A stretch of 64,000 nucleotides of DNA from assembly GCA_963835065.1 (NCBI GenBank), contig CAWIEK010000024.1, positions 32,001 through 96,000 on the forward strand, read 5' to 3'. The stretch is from an uncultured Chthonomonadaceae bacterium (GTDB taxonomy: Bacteria > Armatimonadota > Chthonomonadetes > Chthonomonadales > Chthonomonadaceae). Of this stretch, positions 37,215-47,900 are shown piece after piece (positions within the stretch are counted from its first letter, which is position 1; every line of letters begins with the position of its first letter). Both the position numbers and the translations under genes were made by a program. The notes under the pieces are model-generated. The model searched no databases, was not told the DNA's origin, and saw only the letters and a program-made list of their open reading frames with translations.

Positions 37215-39491
37215 ATGCAATCTTGGGCATCGTTGATTTTATGGCTGCCGCTGCTGGGGTTTCTGTTTAACGCCTTTTCCGGGTTCTTTATCAAGGACAG
37301 GGTCAGGCAGAAGTTCCTGGTGTCTTGGGTCGGGCCGGGCGTGGTATTGGGGGCGTTTGCCATTGCGCTGCTTGTGCTGCTTCAGATTGGGAGCGCGCCC
37401 GAACACCGCCTGATTGTGCCGCTGATACCGGGCATGTCCGCGGATACGCCCTGGATACACATGGGCGGTTTCAATGTGAACTTTGCCCTCCTCCTCGATC
37501 CGCTTTCCATGCTGATGGCGTTGATCGTTACGGGCGTTGGCGGGCTGATTCACATTTACGCGACCGGTTACATGGCGGATGACCCCGAACAGCCTCGTTT
37601 CTTTACCTACTTCAACCTGTTCATCTTTATGATGCTGCTGCTCGTGATGGGCGAGAACTTCCTGCTGATGTTTGTCGGGTGGGAAGGCGTTGGCAGTTGT
37701 TCGTACCTGCTGATTAGTTTCTGGTACACCGATGTCAACAACGCCAAAGCGGGCAACAAAGCCTTCATCGTGAACCGCGTGGGTGACCTGGGCTTCGCGC
37801 TTGGCATTATGGCCGTGTGGAGCGTGTTCGGAACCCTATCATTTTACAATCAGGCGGGAACGGGCTGTCTGGATTTAGCAAAGCAGAGCCATGATGTTTT
37901 AGGACACAGCCTGAGCAGTTTGCCCGGCATCGGGCCGTTCTCGTTTGTCACCGTAATGTGCATGTTGTTGTTTGTGGGCGCGGTGGGCAAATCGGCGCAG
38001 ATACCGCTGTGGGTGTGGCTGCCGGACGCTATGGCCGGCCCGACTCCCGTTTCCGCTCTCGTCCATGCGGCTACGATGGTGACAGCCGGCGTCGTGATGC
38101 TGTCGCGGTGTTCGTACCTGTTTGTGCAGTCGTCACAGGCATTGCAGTTGGTGGGCTGGATTGGACTGGCAACGGCGTTTGTCGGCGCGACAGTCGGCTT
38201 GGTGCAGACGGACATCAAGCGCGTTCTCGCGTTTTCAACCGTTTCTCAGTTAGGCTATATGTTCCTCGCGTGTGGTGTGGGCAACTTCACGGCCGCCATG
38301 TTCCACATTACCACCCATGCGTTTTTCAAAGCCCTGCTGTTTCTCGGTTCCGGCGCGGTTATCCACTCCATGATGGGCGAACAGGATATGCAGCGCATGG
38401 GCGGTTTGAAAGCGCTGATACCGCGTACCGCAACGGTCATGTTCATCGGCACGTATGCCATTGCCGGGTTCCCGCTCCTGTCCGGCTTCTGGAGCAAGGA
38501 CGAGATACTGGACAGCGCGGCGCGAACGCCCTGGCAGTCGGGCATTTTCGGCGGCGCAACCGGCCCGTTCCTGTACTTTGTCGGACTGGCAACCGCGTTT
38601 ATGACGGCCTTCTACATGAACCGCCTGATGTGGAAGACATTTTATACGGAACCGCGCTTCGCAAACGGCAAACTCGTCGCGCACCATCACAGCAACTTTT
38701 CCGATGACGAACACGGGCATGACGCGCATGGACACGCAGACCCGCACGACGTTCATAATAACCCGGAAGGCGAACAGACCGGGCACGAGGAAGCGGGACA
38801 CGCCGCCAATACCGCGCATGTCGTGGACGCCGAACATGGGCATGGACACGAAGAAGGCACAGGTTCAGTACACGAATCGCCGCCATCCATGATGTGGCCG
38901 CTATACATTCTGGCGGTTCCCTCGGTTTTGTTCGGAATGCTGGCAGGGCCGTGGTTCGGCAACCGCTTCGAGCATTTTCTTGCGCCGTCCGTGTGGTCGT
39001 ATGCCGAACCGGGCACTCTGACAACGCTGGAAGAGGGCCGCGCTTTCCTTCCGAACGGCGCGGGGTACGTGATTTCCAGTCTGGTTGCCATAGGTGGACT
39101 GTTCCTCGCATACACGATTTACAAATCACGCATGAGAACGGGCGCGTGGTTCTCAAACGAAGTGAAAGCGCAATGGCTGCGCAAGCCGACTAGCCCGACA
39201 TCCTTCCTGTACGATACGTTCGTCGCCAAGTGGGGCTTCGACGCCTTCTACAACGCCGTTTTCATTCGCGGCGGCGGCTGGTTTTCCGAAAACATTTTGT
39301 GGAAGATCGTGGACAAGGGCATCATTGATAACATCGTCAACGGCTTTGCCGGGATTGTCGGCGTGTTCAGCAACGGAACGCGGAAATTGCAAACGGGCTA
39401 CGTCCGCAATTACGCGCTTGCCATGCTGTTTGGCGTGGTAGCGGTTGTCTTCGGCCTCGTCTACACCCACTTCAAAATCGGGACGCATTAA
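37215..39491 (+). CDS. nuoL: NADH-quinone oxidoreductase subunit L (His-rich loop)
   Basis: GWEGVG, GKSAQ.PL..WLPDAMAGPTPVSAL.HAATMV, THAFFKALLF. Confidence 0.97.
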   Translation: MQSWASLILWLPLLGFLFNAFSGFFIKDRVRQKFLVSWVGPGVVLGAFAIALLVLLQIGSAPEHRLIVPLIPGMSADTPWIHMGGFNVNFALLLDPLSMLMALIVTGVGGLIHIYATGYMADDPEQPRFFTYFNLFIFMMLLLVMGENFLLMFVGWEGVGSCSYLLISFWYTDVNNAKAGNKAFIVNRVGDLGFALGIMAVWSVFGTLSFYNQAGTGCLDLAKQSHDVLGHSLSSLPGIGPFSFVTVMCMLLFVGAVGKSAQIPLWVWLPDAMAGPTPVSALVHAATMVTAGVVMLSRCSYLFVQSSQALQLVGWIGLATAFVGATVGLVQTDIKRVLAFSTVSQLGYMFLACGVGNFTAAMFHITTHAFFKALLFLGSGAVIHSMMGEQDMQRMGGLKALIPRTATVMFIGTYAIAGFPLLSGFWSKDEILDSAARTPWQSGIFGGATGPFLYFVGLATAFMTAFYMNRLMWKTFYTEPRFANGKLVAHHHSNFSDDEHGHDAHGHADPHDVHNNPEGEQTGHEEAGHAANTAHVVDAEHGHGHEEGTGSVHESPPSMMWPLYILAVPSVLFGMLAGPWFGNRFEHFLAPSVWSYAEPGTLTTLEEGRAFLPNGAGYVISSLVAIGGLFLAYTIYKSRMRTGAWFSNEVKAQWLRKPTSPTSFLYDTFVAKWGFDAFYNAVFIRGGGWFSENILWKIVDKGIIDNIVNGFAGIVGVFSNGTRKLQTGYVRNYALAMLFGVVAVVFGLVYTHFKIGTH

Positions 39492-39500
39492 GAGACTCTT

Positions 39501-41438
39501 ATGCCTCAAAATCAGATACCCAATATACTCAGTCTGCTGACGTTCCTGCCGCTGATTGGCGCGTTGATCGTGATGTTTTTGCCGCGGCCCGCCGATCTGC
39601 CGGAACATCATGGCGGGCATGGCGACGAATCGCACGGCGAACCGGAACTGGACGCGCCGATTGCGCCCGTCAATACCGACATCGGGCGCACAATGGTCAA
39701 CAGCGTAGCGCTGTTCTTTACCGTGATTACGTTCGTGCTGGCGATTGTGCTGTTCGGCGCGTTTCAAGTCCATTCCGAGGCGGCTTCCAATTTGACGGGC
39801 GTGGCCCGCAACATGCAGTTTCTGGAAGACTATCGCTGGATCGCCATCGGCAGCAGTTACGTGCATTACAAAATGGGCGTGGACGGCATCAGCCTGCTGT
39901 TGGTGCTGCTGACCGCGTTCCTTATGGTGCTGTGCGTCCTGTTTTCCACGCAGATTAAGACCCGGCTCAAAGAGTTCATGGTGTTCCTGCTGCTGCTGGA
40001 AACGGCCATGATCGGCGTGTTCTGCGCATTGGACTTGATCTTGTTTTACGTGTTCTTCGAGGCCATGCTGATCCCGATGTACTTCCTCATCGGCATATTC
40101 GGGCACGAAAACCGCATTTACGCAGCCGTAAAGTTCTTCATCTACACCTTTGCGGGCAGCGTGTTCATGCTGATTGCAATTGTGGCGGTGTACAGTTACA
40201 CGGGCACGTTCGACATTCTCGCGCTTTCCGACCACACCCAGGGCGCGGGCTTGATTTTGAACCACGTTCCCCCGCAGTCCCTGATGCTGATGTTTGCCGC
40301 CTTTGCCATTGCGTTTATGATCAAAGTGCCGATGTTCCCGTTCCATACGTGGCTGCCGGACGCGCATGTGGAAGCGCCCACAGCCGGAAGCGTAATTCTG
40401 GCGGGCGTGATGCTGAAAATGGGCACGTATGGGTTTGTGCGCTTGTGCCTGCCCCTGTTCCCGCAGCAGGCGCAGGACGCGGCTCCCCTGTTCATTACCC
40501 TTTCCATTGTGGGCATCATTTACGCTTCCCTTGTAGCCGCGATACAGCCGGACGCCAAGAAACTGGTCGCGTACTCATCCGTCGCGCACTTAGGGTTTGT
40601 CGTCCTGGGCATCTTTACGTTTACCCGCGTGGGCATGATGGGCGCACTGGTGCAGAACATCAATCACGGCATTTCCACGCCCATGCTGTTCTTCCTTGTC
40701 GGCATGATGTACGAGCGGCGGCACACGCGGGCGATCAGCGAGTTCGGCGGCTTGAAAAAGTACGTGCCAATGATGGCGACGATGCTGCTCATTGCCACGC
40801 TGTCGAGTATCGCCGTGCCGTTCTTCAACGGGTTTGTGGGCGAATTTCCGATTATGCTAGGTACATGGGTATCGCAGACAGCATTTAATCTTGGCGGTTT
40901 CTGGCCTGCCGCGCTGTGCGCGACGGGTATGATCTGGTCCGCCGTTTACATGCTGTGGTGGTATCAGCGCCTGATGCTCGGCCCGGTGACAAAGGACGTC
41001 AACAAACACCTGCCCGACCTGAAGCCGATTGAATGGGGCGTGTTAATTCCCCTCACAGTTGTTATTTTCTGGTTCGGCCTGTTCAGCAACTTCTGGACGA
41101 AGCGCATGGACGACTCGGTAGACGCCCTACTGCCCGCGCAGGCCGGAACGCGCGAACTTTCCGAAGTGCTGAACCAATCGCTTCCCATGTCGCAGGTGAT
41201 TCTGGCTGACCGTCAGCAGGGCAATGTCGAGCCGCGTTTCCGCCGTCCGCAGTCCAATGCGCCCGCCATGCCGGAACGCCATTCAGAAACAACGCCGACA
41301 CCGGAAAACCTGCCCAAAACCATCCCATCTACCGGTGGTCCCGAAGTCCCGCAGGGAAATCGGAGCGACATACCCGCAGGAACGCCCGAACAGCCCACGT
41401 CTCTGCCCAACAGTAACGGCGCGGGTACGACACCGTAA
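39501..41438 (+). CDS. nuoM: NADH-quinone oxidoreductase subunit M with Pro-rich tail
   Basis: GVDGISL, KVPMFPFHTWLPDAHVEAPT, AYSSVAH. Confidence 0.97.
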   Translation: MPQNQIPNILSLLTFLPLIGALIVMFLPRPADLPEHHGGHGDESHGEPELDAPIAPVNTDIGRTMVNSVALFFTVITFVLAIVLFGAFQVHSEAASNLTGVARNMQFLEDYRWIAIGSSYVHYKMGVDGISLLLVLLTAFLMVLCVLFSTQIKTRLKEFMVFLLLLETAMIGVFCALDLILFYVFFEAMLIPMYFLIGIFGHENRIYAAVKFFIYTFAGSVFMLIAIVAVYSYTGTFDILALSDHTQGAGLILNHVPPQSLMLMFAAFAIAFMIKVPMFPFHTWLPDAHVEAPTAGSVILAGVMLKMGTYGFVRLCLPLFPQQAQDAAPLFITLSIVGIIYASLVAAIQPDAKKLVAYSSVAHLGFVVLGIFTFTRVGMMGALVQNINHGISTPMLFFLVGMMYERRHTRAISEFGGLKKYVPMMATMLLIATLSSIAVPFFNGFVGEFPIMLGTWVSQTAFNLGGFWPAALCATGMIWSAVYMLWWYQRLMLGPVTKDVNKHLPDLKPIEWGVLIPLTVVIFWFGLFSNFWTKRMDDSVDALLPAQAGTRELSEVLNQSLPMSQVILADRQQGNVEPRFRRPQSNAPAMPERHSETTPTPENLPKTIPSTGGPEVPQGNRSDIPAGTPEQPTSLPNSNGAGTTP

Positions 41439-41488
41439 CCATTTTAGGTTAATGCTCAACGCTTAACGCTTTTTCGAGGTTTTTACTT

Positions 41489-43006
41489 ATGATTAGCAAT
41501 GCTGCCAGCGTCAACGCCATGCTGCCCATTATCATTATTATGGTGACGGGCATGGTCGTGCTTCTGGCGGATGCCTGCCTGCCGTTCTGGCGGCGCATGG
41601 GTATCCTGAGCGGCAATGTCAGCCTGATTGGGATCGGCATTGCGGCAATCTTTTCCATCCTGCAGGTCAACGCCAACGATGTCAGCCGGTCAGCCTTTCA
41701 CGGCGCGGTCGCTTCGGATACCTTTGGAGCCGCCTGCAACCTGATTTTGCTGACCGCCGCAACCGTTGCCGTGCTGCTCGCGCTCACGTATCTGGAAAAC
41801 AAGCGGCTTAATTTGGGCGAGTATTACGCCCTTGTGCTGTTTTCCACGTCCGGCGCGATGCTGATGGCGGCGGCAACCGACTTGATCGTGTTGTTTGTGG
41901 CGATAGAAATTTTGTCCGTCGCGCTGTACGTGCTGTCGGGATTTGCCCGCACGGAACAGCGCAGCGAAGAGGCCGCGCTGAAATACTTTTTGCTTGGCGC
42001 GTTCGCCGCAGGATTTCTGCTGTACGGGATCGCGCTTGTGTACGGCGGCTCGGCGGGCGCGGTTGCGGGCGGGGGCGGAACCACGAATCTGATTGAACTG
42101 GAGCGCTCGCTGGCGCAGGGCGGGACGCCAAGCATGATGCTGATTTGCGGCATCGCGCTGCTGCTGGTCGGATTGGGCTTTAAGGCCGCGCTGGTTCCCT
42201 TCCACATGTGGACGCCGGACGTATACGAGGGCGCTCCCACATCCGTCACGGCGTACATGGCGGCGGCAGCCAAAATCGGCGCGTTTGCCGCGCTTTTGCG
42301 CGTGTTTACCGCGTTATCGCCGATTTCCGAATACTGGCTGATTGCGGTTCAGGTACTGGCGGTGCTGACGATGTTCGGCGGCAACATTCTGGCTGTCACG
42401 CAGGACAACGTGAAGCGTATGTTAGCGTATTCGTCTATCGCTCATGCCGGATATTTGATGGTCGCAGTATCGGCGGCGACGGATAATCGCGCAAGCGCGG
42501 CGGCGCACAATTCGGCCTTGAGCGCGGGCGTGTTTTACCTCCTCGCGTATACCTTGATGACGATGGGCGCGTTTGCCGTGCTGATTTACTTATCGCGGCG
42601 GGGCAAGGATTACCAGACGCTTGCGGATTTGAAGGGGCTGGCGCGTAAAGATTCGCCGTCCGCCTACCTGATGCTGGTCTTCATGCTGTCACTGGGCGGC
42701 ATCCCGTCCACCATGGGCTTCATCGGCAAGTGGTACATTTTCAACGCGACGGTGCAGGCGGGGCAACTGTGGCTGGCGCTGGCGCTTGGCGTTGCCAGTA
42801 TCATTTCCATCTATTACTATCTGCGCGTGATCGGCATGATGTGTTTTCAGGAACCGGACGAGGCAGGGGAACAAATTCACGCCACCGCGCCAACCGGCGT
42901 GATTATATCGCTGGCAATCACCGTAGGCGCGTCCCTCATATTCGGCATCGTGCCCCTGTTCCTGAGTCCGCTGTTGGCTGCCGCCACTAATCTGCTGCAC
43001 CACTGA
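41489..43006 (+). CDS. nuoN: NADH-quinone oxidoreductase subunit N
   Basis: EAALKYF.LG, FK...VPFH.WTPDVYEGAPT, KRMLAYSSIAH. Confidence 0.97.
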   Translation: MISNAASVNAMLPIIIIMVTGMVVLLADACLPFWRRMGILSGNVSLIGIGIAAIFSILQVNANDVSRSAFHGAVASDTFGAACNLILLTAATVAVLLALTYLENKRLNLGEYYALVLFSTSGAMLMAAATDLIVLFVAIEILSVALYVLSGFARTEQRSEEAALKYFLLGAFAAGFLLYGIALVYGGSAGAVAGGGGTTNLIELERSLAQGGTPSMMLICGIALLLVGLGFKAALVPFHMWTPDVYEGAPTSVTAYMAAAAKIGAFAALLRVFTALSPISEYWLIAVQVLAVLTMFGGNILAVTQDNVKRMLAYSSIAHAGYLMVAVSAATDNRASAAAHNSALSAGVFYLLAYTLMTMGAFAVLIYLSRRGKDYQTLADLKGLARKDSPSAYLMLVFMLSLGGIPSTMGFIGKWYIFNATVQAGQLWLALALGVASIISIYYYLRVIGMMCFQEPDEAGEQIHATAPTGVIISLAITVGASLIFGIVPLFLSPLLAAATNLLHH

Positions 43007-43151
43007 GCAATCACAGGGACACGGCGCGGTATCGAACGAGGCAGCCCCGCGCTGTCTCGTTTGCTTTTCAGGACATGGCAGGATAAAATAGAGGCAGTAC
43101 GGGCGTAGCGGTAACATAATAAACACCATTGTAGATGAGGAGCCGGCGGTT

Positions 43152-43526
43152 ATGAGTACAAACGAGCAAGGGGTAGGACGGATGCGCAATCATGGGGATA
43201 TTCCCGGACGCTTGATGGGCATGGTGGTGTTTTTCATCGGCGTGGGTCTGCTGCTGCTCGTCTTCAAGATCGCTTACGGCCTGTTTACCGCGTCTCCGGC
43301 GGCGGCCCTCGGCATTAACATCACGGGCGACCCGAAGCGCGACCCGGCCGCAATGGTCATTGGGCAGCAGTTCGGCTGGCTGATGGTAAAGATACTGCTG
43401 CTGTTCCTGATGAGCGTTGTCGCTTCGCTGACCGCGCAAAAAGGCATCAATCTGTATTTCAGCGGCGTACACGGCGGGCGCACGCACGAAACGAAACCCT
43501 CTGCCGCCGTCAGCGCGGACGCATAG
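43152..43526 (+). CDS. Hypothetical 2-TM membrane protein
   Basis: 124 aa, GAGGAG SD. Confidence 0.7.
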   Translation: MSTNEQGVGRMRNHGDIPGRLMGMVVFFIGVGLLLLVFKIAYGLFTASPAAALGINITGDPKRDPAAMVIGQQFGWLMVKILLLFLMSVVASLTAQKGINLYFSGVHGGRTHETKPSAAVSADA

Positions 43527-43553
43527 AAGGAACATGCAAAGGAGAAGATACTC

Positions 43554-44015
43554 ATGTCCGGCGAAAACAGTCTGAACGAAATTCCCTATACCGAGTACCA
43601 CATCATTGGTCAAGTTGTGCGGGGGCATCTTGAGGAGTTTAAGGATGCTCTGCGTGCCGTAATTGCTTTCGGGCCGCTGAAAACGTCCGGCCATACGCAT
43701 GACATTGATCTCTTGGAAGTTATTGAGAACTGGCAGGGGCCGCTCCGCTTTCAGGCGGAAAGCAGCGAAACCTTGCCTATGTACGGCAAGCTGTATTTGA
43801 ATGTTATCTCTCTGGATGATTTTCAGCTCAACGCTGCCCCACGCTCCTCAGACGTGGAGGAACTTTTTGAGCGCGTGATGCAGGGATATGAAATTATCTA
43901 CGAACATCCCACCGGTTTTGCCCGCGACAATCTGGCCCGGTCTGCCATGCAGAAACAGCGCAGGGGGGGGGCGCTGCTGGAAAATCCCATGTTTCTGCCG
44001 GTTGCCGGAGGGTAG
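43554..44015 (+). CDS. Minimal nucleotidyltransferase (MNT)-like antitoxin
   Basis: AVIAFG...HDIDLLEV (DxD); upstream of HEPN. Confidence 0.72.
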   Translation: MSGENSLNEIPYTEYHIIGQVVRGHLEEFKDALRAVIAFGPLKTSGHTHDIDLLEVIENWQGPLRFQAESSETLPMYGKLYLNVISLDDFQLNAAPRSSDVEELFERVMQGYEIIYEHPTGFARDNLARSAMQKQRRGGALLENPMFLPVAGG

Positions 44016-44021
44016 CCGGGT

Positions 44022-44591
44022 ATGACCGCCACAACCACGTTTTCCGTGCCGCTTCCGGGTGACAGTGAAATGGCTCGCGCTTATTTCAGCGAAGCCATTC
44101 GCCATTTGCAGGATGCGCGAATTTTGCATGAGGCCGGTCGGTATGCAGGCGCAATCACGTCTGCTATGAAGGCTGCTGAATTAGGCTTGAAGTCTGTACT
44201 GATCCTTTATGGGGTTCGAGGTTGGCACGATCTGCTGACTCATCGTGTGATAGCGACAGTAAAAAGCATTTCTATATTGGATGACCTGATGGACGCCCTT
44301 AAAAGCCAGTATCCTTCCATAGTCTTAGAGGTAGAGGAGCTTGAACGGCTGGTTCCTGACCGGCAGAACCTGAGCAAATTAGCGCTGGCGGACGCGCAAA
44401 ACACAGAGTACCCTTTCTTTGCCGAGGAATTTAATCTGTCGCGCAATTACCGGCTCTATCTGCCGGAAATCCACTTCGATGAAGCCAAAAGCGTCACTTC
44501 CTTTCGCACAGCTTTGCGCCTGCTTTCCGCGATACAAGCCATTTCTCCTGAAGTCTCCGCCTGGGGGCTGATGTTAGGTTCCTCACTGTAG
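44022..44591 (+). CDS. HEPN domain protein (NTEYP variant)
   Basis: EA..HL.DA..L...GRY..A...A..AAE..LK, TH, NTEYPF. Confidence 0.82.
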   Translation: MTATTTFSVPLPGDSEMARAYFSEAIRHLQDARILHEAGRYAGAITSAMKAAELGLKSVLILYGVRGWHDLLTHRVIATVKSISILDDLMDALKSQYPSIVLEVEELERLVPDRQNLSKLALADAQNTEYPFFAEEFNLSRNYRLYLPEIHFDEAKSVTSFRTALRLLSAIQAISPEVSAWGLMLGSSL

Positions 44592-44596
44592 GTAAT

Positions 44597-44717
44597 GCAG
44601 GGAGTAGGGAGTAGGAAGCAGGCAGTAGAAATATCTGCTTCCACAAAGCTGTGCAGCACCGTAACAACTGACAATAACAGGGCCTCTACTCCCTACTCCC
44701 TACAGCCTACTCCCTGC
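44597..44717. repeat. Inverted (GGGAGTA)n arrays
   Basis: GCAGGGAGTAGGGAGTAGG...CTACTCCCTACTCCCTAC...CCTACTCCCTGC. Confidence 0.8.
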
Positions 44718-44804
44718 TTTTTGAGGAACTATGCACACTCGTTATTTCGTATTGATACTTATGCGTAAGTAAATGTGCGGTTTGGAAAGGCAATACGGGG
44801 CAAG

Positions 44805-45158
44805 ATGAGAATACAATCGAACATGCTGGTGCATTTAGGATATGGCAAGTACGTGCGTTCGGATCGCGTGACGGCAGTGCTGCCGATAGAGGACGAGCGC
44901 GGGCCGGGGCGTAGAACCTTCGTGCAAATCGAGGGCGCAGCCGATCCACTGGTGGCGTCACGGGCGGAAGACTCCATTATCCGCGATCTGGTGCAGGAAC
45001 CGCGTGAAGTCACGCAATCCCGGCAGCAGCAGGAAATTCTGCGCGATCTGCTTCAGGATTTGGCGCAGGTAAACGGAACCGTCCGCCGCATTTCCCGCGA
45101 TGAGGGCTTGGACCTGGAAAAGTACGAGCGCCGTATCCGCGAAGTGGTTGAGGATTGA
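44805..45158 (+). CDS. Hypothetical protein, weak RemA/DUF370-like N-terminus
   Basis: LVHLGYGKYVRSDRVTAV resembles RemA-type L.IG.G..V...R..A; start codon uncertain. Confidence 0.55.
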   Translation: MRIQSNMLVHLGYGKYVRSDRVTAVLPIEDERGPGRRTFVQIEGAADPLVASRAEDSIIRDLVQEPREVTQSRQQQEILRDLLQDLAQVNGTVRRISRDEGLDLEKYERRIREVVED

Positions 45159-45181
45159 GAACAACTCTTTAGAGTGAAAGT

Positions 45182-45215
45182 AAACGCCGTCAGTGAATCA
45201 CTGACGGCGTTTTTG
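45182..45215 (+). terminator. Intrinsic terminator
   Basis: AAACGCCGTCAGTGA-A-TCACTGACGGCGTTT followed by T run. Confidence 0.85.
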
Positions 45216-45624
45216 TTATAGGGAATGCGCTTCGTAAACTACTCGCTCGCTCACCATCCGCTGAGGTAGCAACTTGGGTTATTATAACATATTGACATGG
45301 TAGGCAAAGACCATCGGGGTACGTCCTCTGTATGCTAACCGGTATCTGCTCATCAACCTGGTCAGGTTCTGTCAAGTTGAATCAAGTTCGGTCAGATTGC
45401 GCAGGCTGCGCAGGCTGACCCTTGCGCTCGAAAACATTAACGGGAATACTATTCTCAGTACGGTGTGGCGCAAAACTTCGCAGCAGGCCGGGAGGAACGC
45501 GGGAGCGCAAACAACGCGCCATCCGGTCATGCCGGAAACCGCCGCGCTTATCTTCAGCAGTGGCAGCGCGCCGTTCGCCGCCTGTACCGCGTCGTTTCGC
45601 AAACCGGAAGGGAGTATCCGCAGC

Positions 45625-46875
45625 ATGTCGAACACCGATCTTTTGTTACCCTCGTCCCAAGACGACTATGACAACGCGCTTGCCGCTTACAAAATAGACC
45701 TGAACGCTTACCGCGCGTTAAGCGACCGAACGGGCGAGGGCAAAACGCTTAACGAGATGGGCATTGTCTACTATGAGCAGGGCCTCTTTGACGAGGCCGC
45801 CACAGCGTTTCAACAGAGTTATACCATCTTCCACGAGCGCGAAAACTCCATCGGCCAGGCGCTGTCGCTGTTTAACCTGGGCAATGCCTGGACGTCGCTA
45901 AAACGCTATAACGAGGCCGCTGCCGCCTACGAGCAGAGTCTTGCCATCCGCCGCGCGCTAAATGACCAGATGGGCGAAAGCAAAACGCTGAACAACCTGA
46001 CCATCGTTTACAAGGCGCAGGGCCGCTATGACGAGGCTACTGCCGCTTACCAACAAAGCCTCGCTATCCGGCGCGGGAGCAATGACCAAATCAACGAGGC
46101 AAAAAAACTGAACAAGGTAGGTATTGACTGCTATGAGCAAGGCCGCTATGAGGAGGCGATTGCCGCTTATCAGGAGAGTTACGCCATTTTCCACGAGTGC
46201 AAAGACCCTGTAGGCGAGGGTCTGACGCTCCTCAATATGGGCAATGTTTACGAGGCGCAGGGCCGCTATGATGCAGCGCTTCCGCTTTACGAGCAGAGCC
46301 TTATTCTCAAGCGCGGGTGCGGAGACCGTATCGGCGAGGGCCAGGCGCTGAACAATCTGGCCGTTGTCTACAAAGCGCAGGGCCGCTATGACGAGGCCGC
46401 TGCCGCCTACGAACAGAGTTACGCCATCAAGCGCGAGACCAATGACCGTATCGGCCAGGGCAAAACGCTCAACGATTTAGGCAGCGTCTACCGATTGCAG
46501 CACCGCTATGATGAGGCGCTTGCCGCTTACCAACAGAGCCTGCGCATCAGCATCGAGTTTCAGGATCGCGACGGTGAGGGCAAGACTATCGGCAACCTGG
46601 GCATTGTCTACGAGGCGCAGGGCCGCTATAACGAAGCCGCCGACGCTTATCAACAGAGCCTTGCCGTCAAGCGCACGTCCCATGACCGCATTGGGGAAGG
46701 CCAAACGCTTTTCAATCTGGCGCTGTTCTATGAAGCGCACAGTGACAGGGCGCAAGCGCTCGCCTGCGCCCGCCAATCCGCGTATGTTCTGGCAACGACG
46801 AAAGCGCAGGCGGACTTGCAAAACGCGCGGGATTTGGCGGCGGCATTGGAAAGCGGCGCGATTATCCGTCAGTGA
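45625..46875 (+). CDS. Tetratricopeptide-repeat protein
   Basis: About nine 40-aa repeats GEG..LNNL..VY..QGRYDEA..AY.QSL.I; ATG 45625 after GGGAG. Confidence 0.9.
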   Translation: MSNTDLLLPSSQDDYDNALAAYKIDLNAYRALSDRTGEGKTLNEMGIVYYEQGLFDEAATAFQQSYTIFHERENSIGQALSLFNLGNAWTSLKRYNEAAAAYEQSLAIRRALNDQMGESKTLNNLTIVYKAQGRYDEATAAYQQSLAIRRGSNDQINEAKKLNKVGIDCYEQGRYEEAIAAYQESYAIFHECKDPVGEGLTLLNMGNVYEAQGRYDAALPLYEQSLILKRGCGDRIGEGQALNNLAVVYKAQGRYDEAAAAYEQSYAIKRETNDRIGQGKTLNDLGSVYRLQHRYDEALAAYQQSLRISIEFQDRDGEGKTIGNLGIVYEAQGRYNEAADAYQQSLAVKRTSHDRIGEGQTLFNLALFYEAHSDRAQALACARQSAYVLATTKAQADLQNARDLAAALESGAIIRQ

Positions 46876-46925
46876 TAACTCCCCGGCGTAAACGACTTGG
46901 ATATTGTCGTGGTCGTAGTTTGATG

Positions 46926-46966
46926 CCCTTCTCCCAGCTTTTTGGGAGAAGGGCTAGGGGTTGAGA
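46926..46966. repeat. CCCTTCTCCC/GGGAGAAGGG palindromic repeat
   Basis: Related palindromes at ~3629-3703 and ~22362-22404. Confidence 0.6.
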
Positions 46967-47865
46967 GCCGGTTCGGAACCACTTTCCAGAGCGGCAAACA
47001 TGCGGTTCGCGTAATCCAGATAATCAAAATCCGCCGGTCCGCGCTGCCCGGCGGCAATCAAGCCGTGCTGCACAAGCGCCCATCCCCCCTCGAACAAGCG
47101 CGCCACCCACTGCATGCTGCGCAGGTTCTCCAGCCCGTTGGGAGCGGTATAGCCGTAGACATCCAGCAGCGTTTGCTGTTCCGCTTCCGAATAGCCCCCG
47201 GCCATGCTGAGGGTTGCCAGATCGTACAGGCCATCCCCCCTCCCGGCAAACTCCCAATCCAGCAGCCATAACTGCTGCCCATCGTCCAGAAAGTTGTTGG
47301 CCCATAAGTCGCCGTGCGTCAGTCCCGGCGCAGCAACAGCGTCTTTGGATCGCGCCTGTGCGATGCGCTTCATGGTTTCCCAATGCGCGTTTAGATTTGG
47401 CGGCAATTCTACGGACAGCGCGCGCGCGCTTGCCAGCAGATACTCCACGCGCTCATAAATCGAGGTGTTTGCCTGCGCGTCCTGAACGTAGTGCAGGCGG
47501 CGCAGCACATCCGCGATACGCGCCATGTTGGACGGTTCTCGAAACTCTTCCGGCTTCCAGTGCCGCCCCGTAATGAACGGCATCACCATGCAGCCGCCCG
47601 GATCGGCGTATAGAATTTCCGGCGCTGCGCCCACGTTCGCCGCCGCCCGTGCCGCCGCAATCTCCTCGTCGCGCCGTATGCCCAAAAAGCGCGCCGTGTC
47701 CGCGCCGATGCGAACAAGGTACGCTTTGCCGTCCGCCATAACGCGATAATTGGCGTTGTTCAGACTAATTACGTCTTGCAGGGGCGCAATCTCAATGTCG
47801 GGCATACCCGCGAACAAGGGTATGCGGTCTACAAGCGCGCGAACACTTTGCGAAACTTCCTGCAT
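46954..47865 (-). CDS. Choline/aminoglycoside phosphotransferase-family kinase
   Basis: HGDLWANNFL, LLDWEFAG, YDLA. Confidence 0.88.
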   Translation of the reverse strand: MQEVSQSVRALVDRIPLFAGMPDIEIAPLQDVISLNNANYRVMADGKAYLVRIGADTARFLGIRRDEEIAAARAAANVGAAPEILYADPGGCMVMPFITGRHWKPEEFREPSNMARIADVLRRLHYVQDAQANTSIYERVEYLLASARALSVELPPNLNAHWETMKRIAQARSKDAVAAPGLTHGDLWANNFLDDGQQLWLLDWEFAGRGDGLYDLATLSMAGGYSEAEQQTLLDVYGYTAPNGLENLRSMQWVARLFEGGWALVQHGLIAAGQRGPADFDYLDYANRMFAALESGSEPALNP

Positions 47866-47900
47866 CCTGCCTCCCTCATGCTAACTTATTAGACAGAGCG

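Noticed and set aside
45190..45375. 61-aa minus-strand ORF
   Set aside because: No SD or motif recognised, and it runs into the terminator; cannot be supported.
45625..46875. 120-bp nucleotide periodicity suggesting a DNA repeat array
   Set aside because: Fully explained by 40-aa TPR units.
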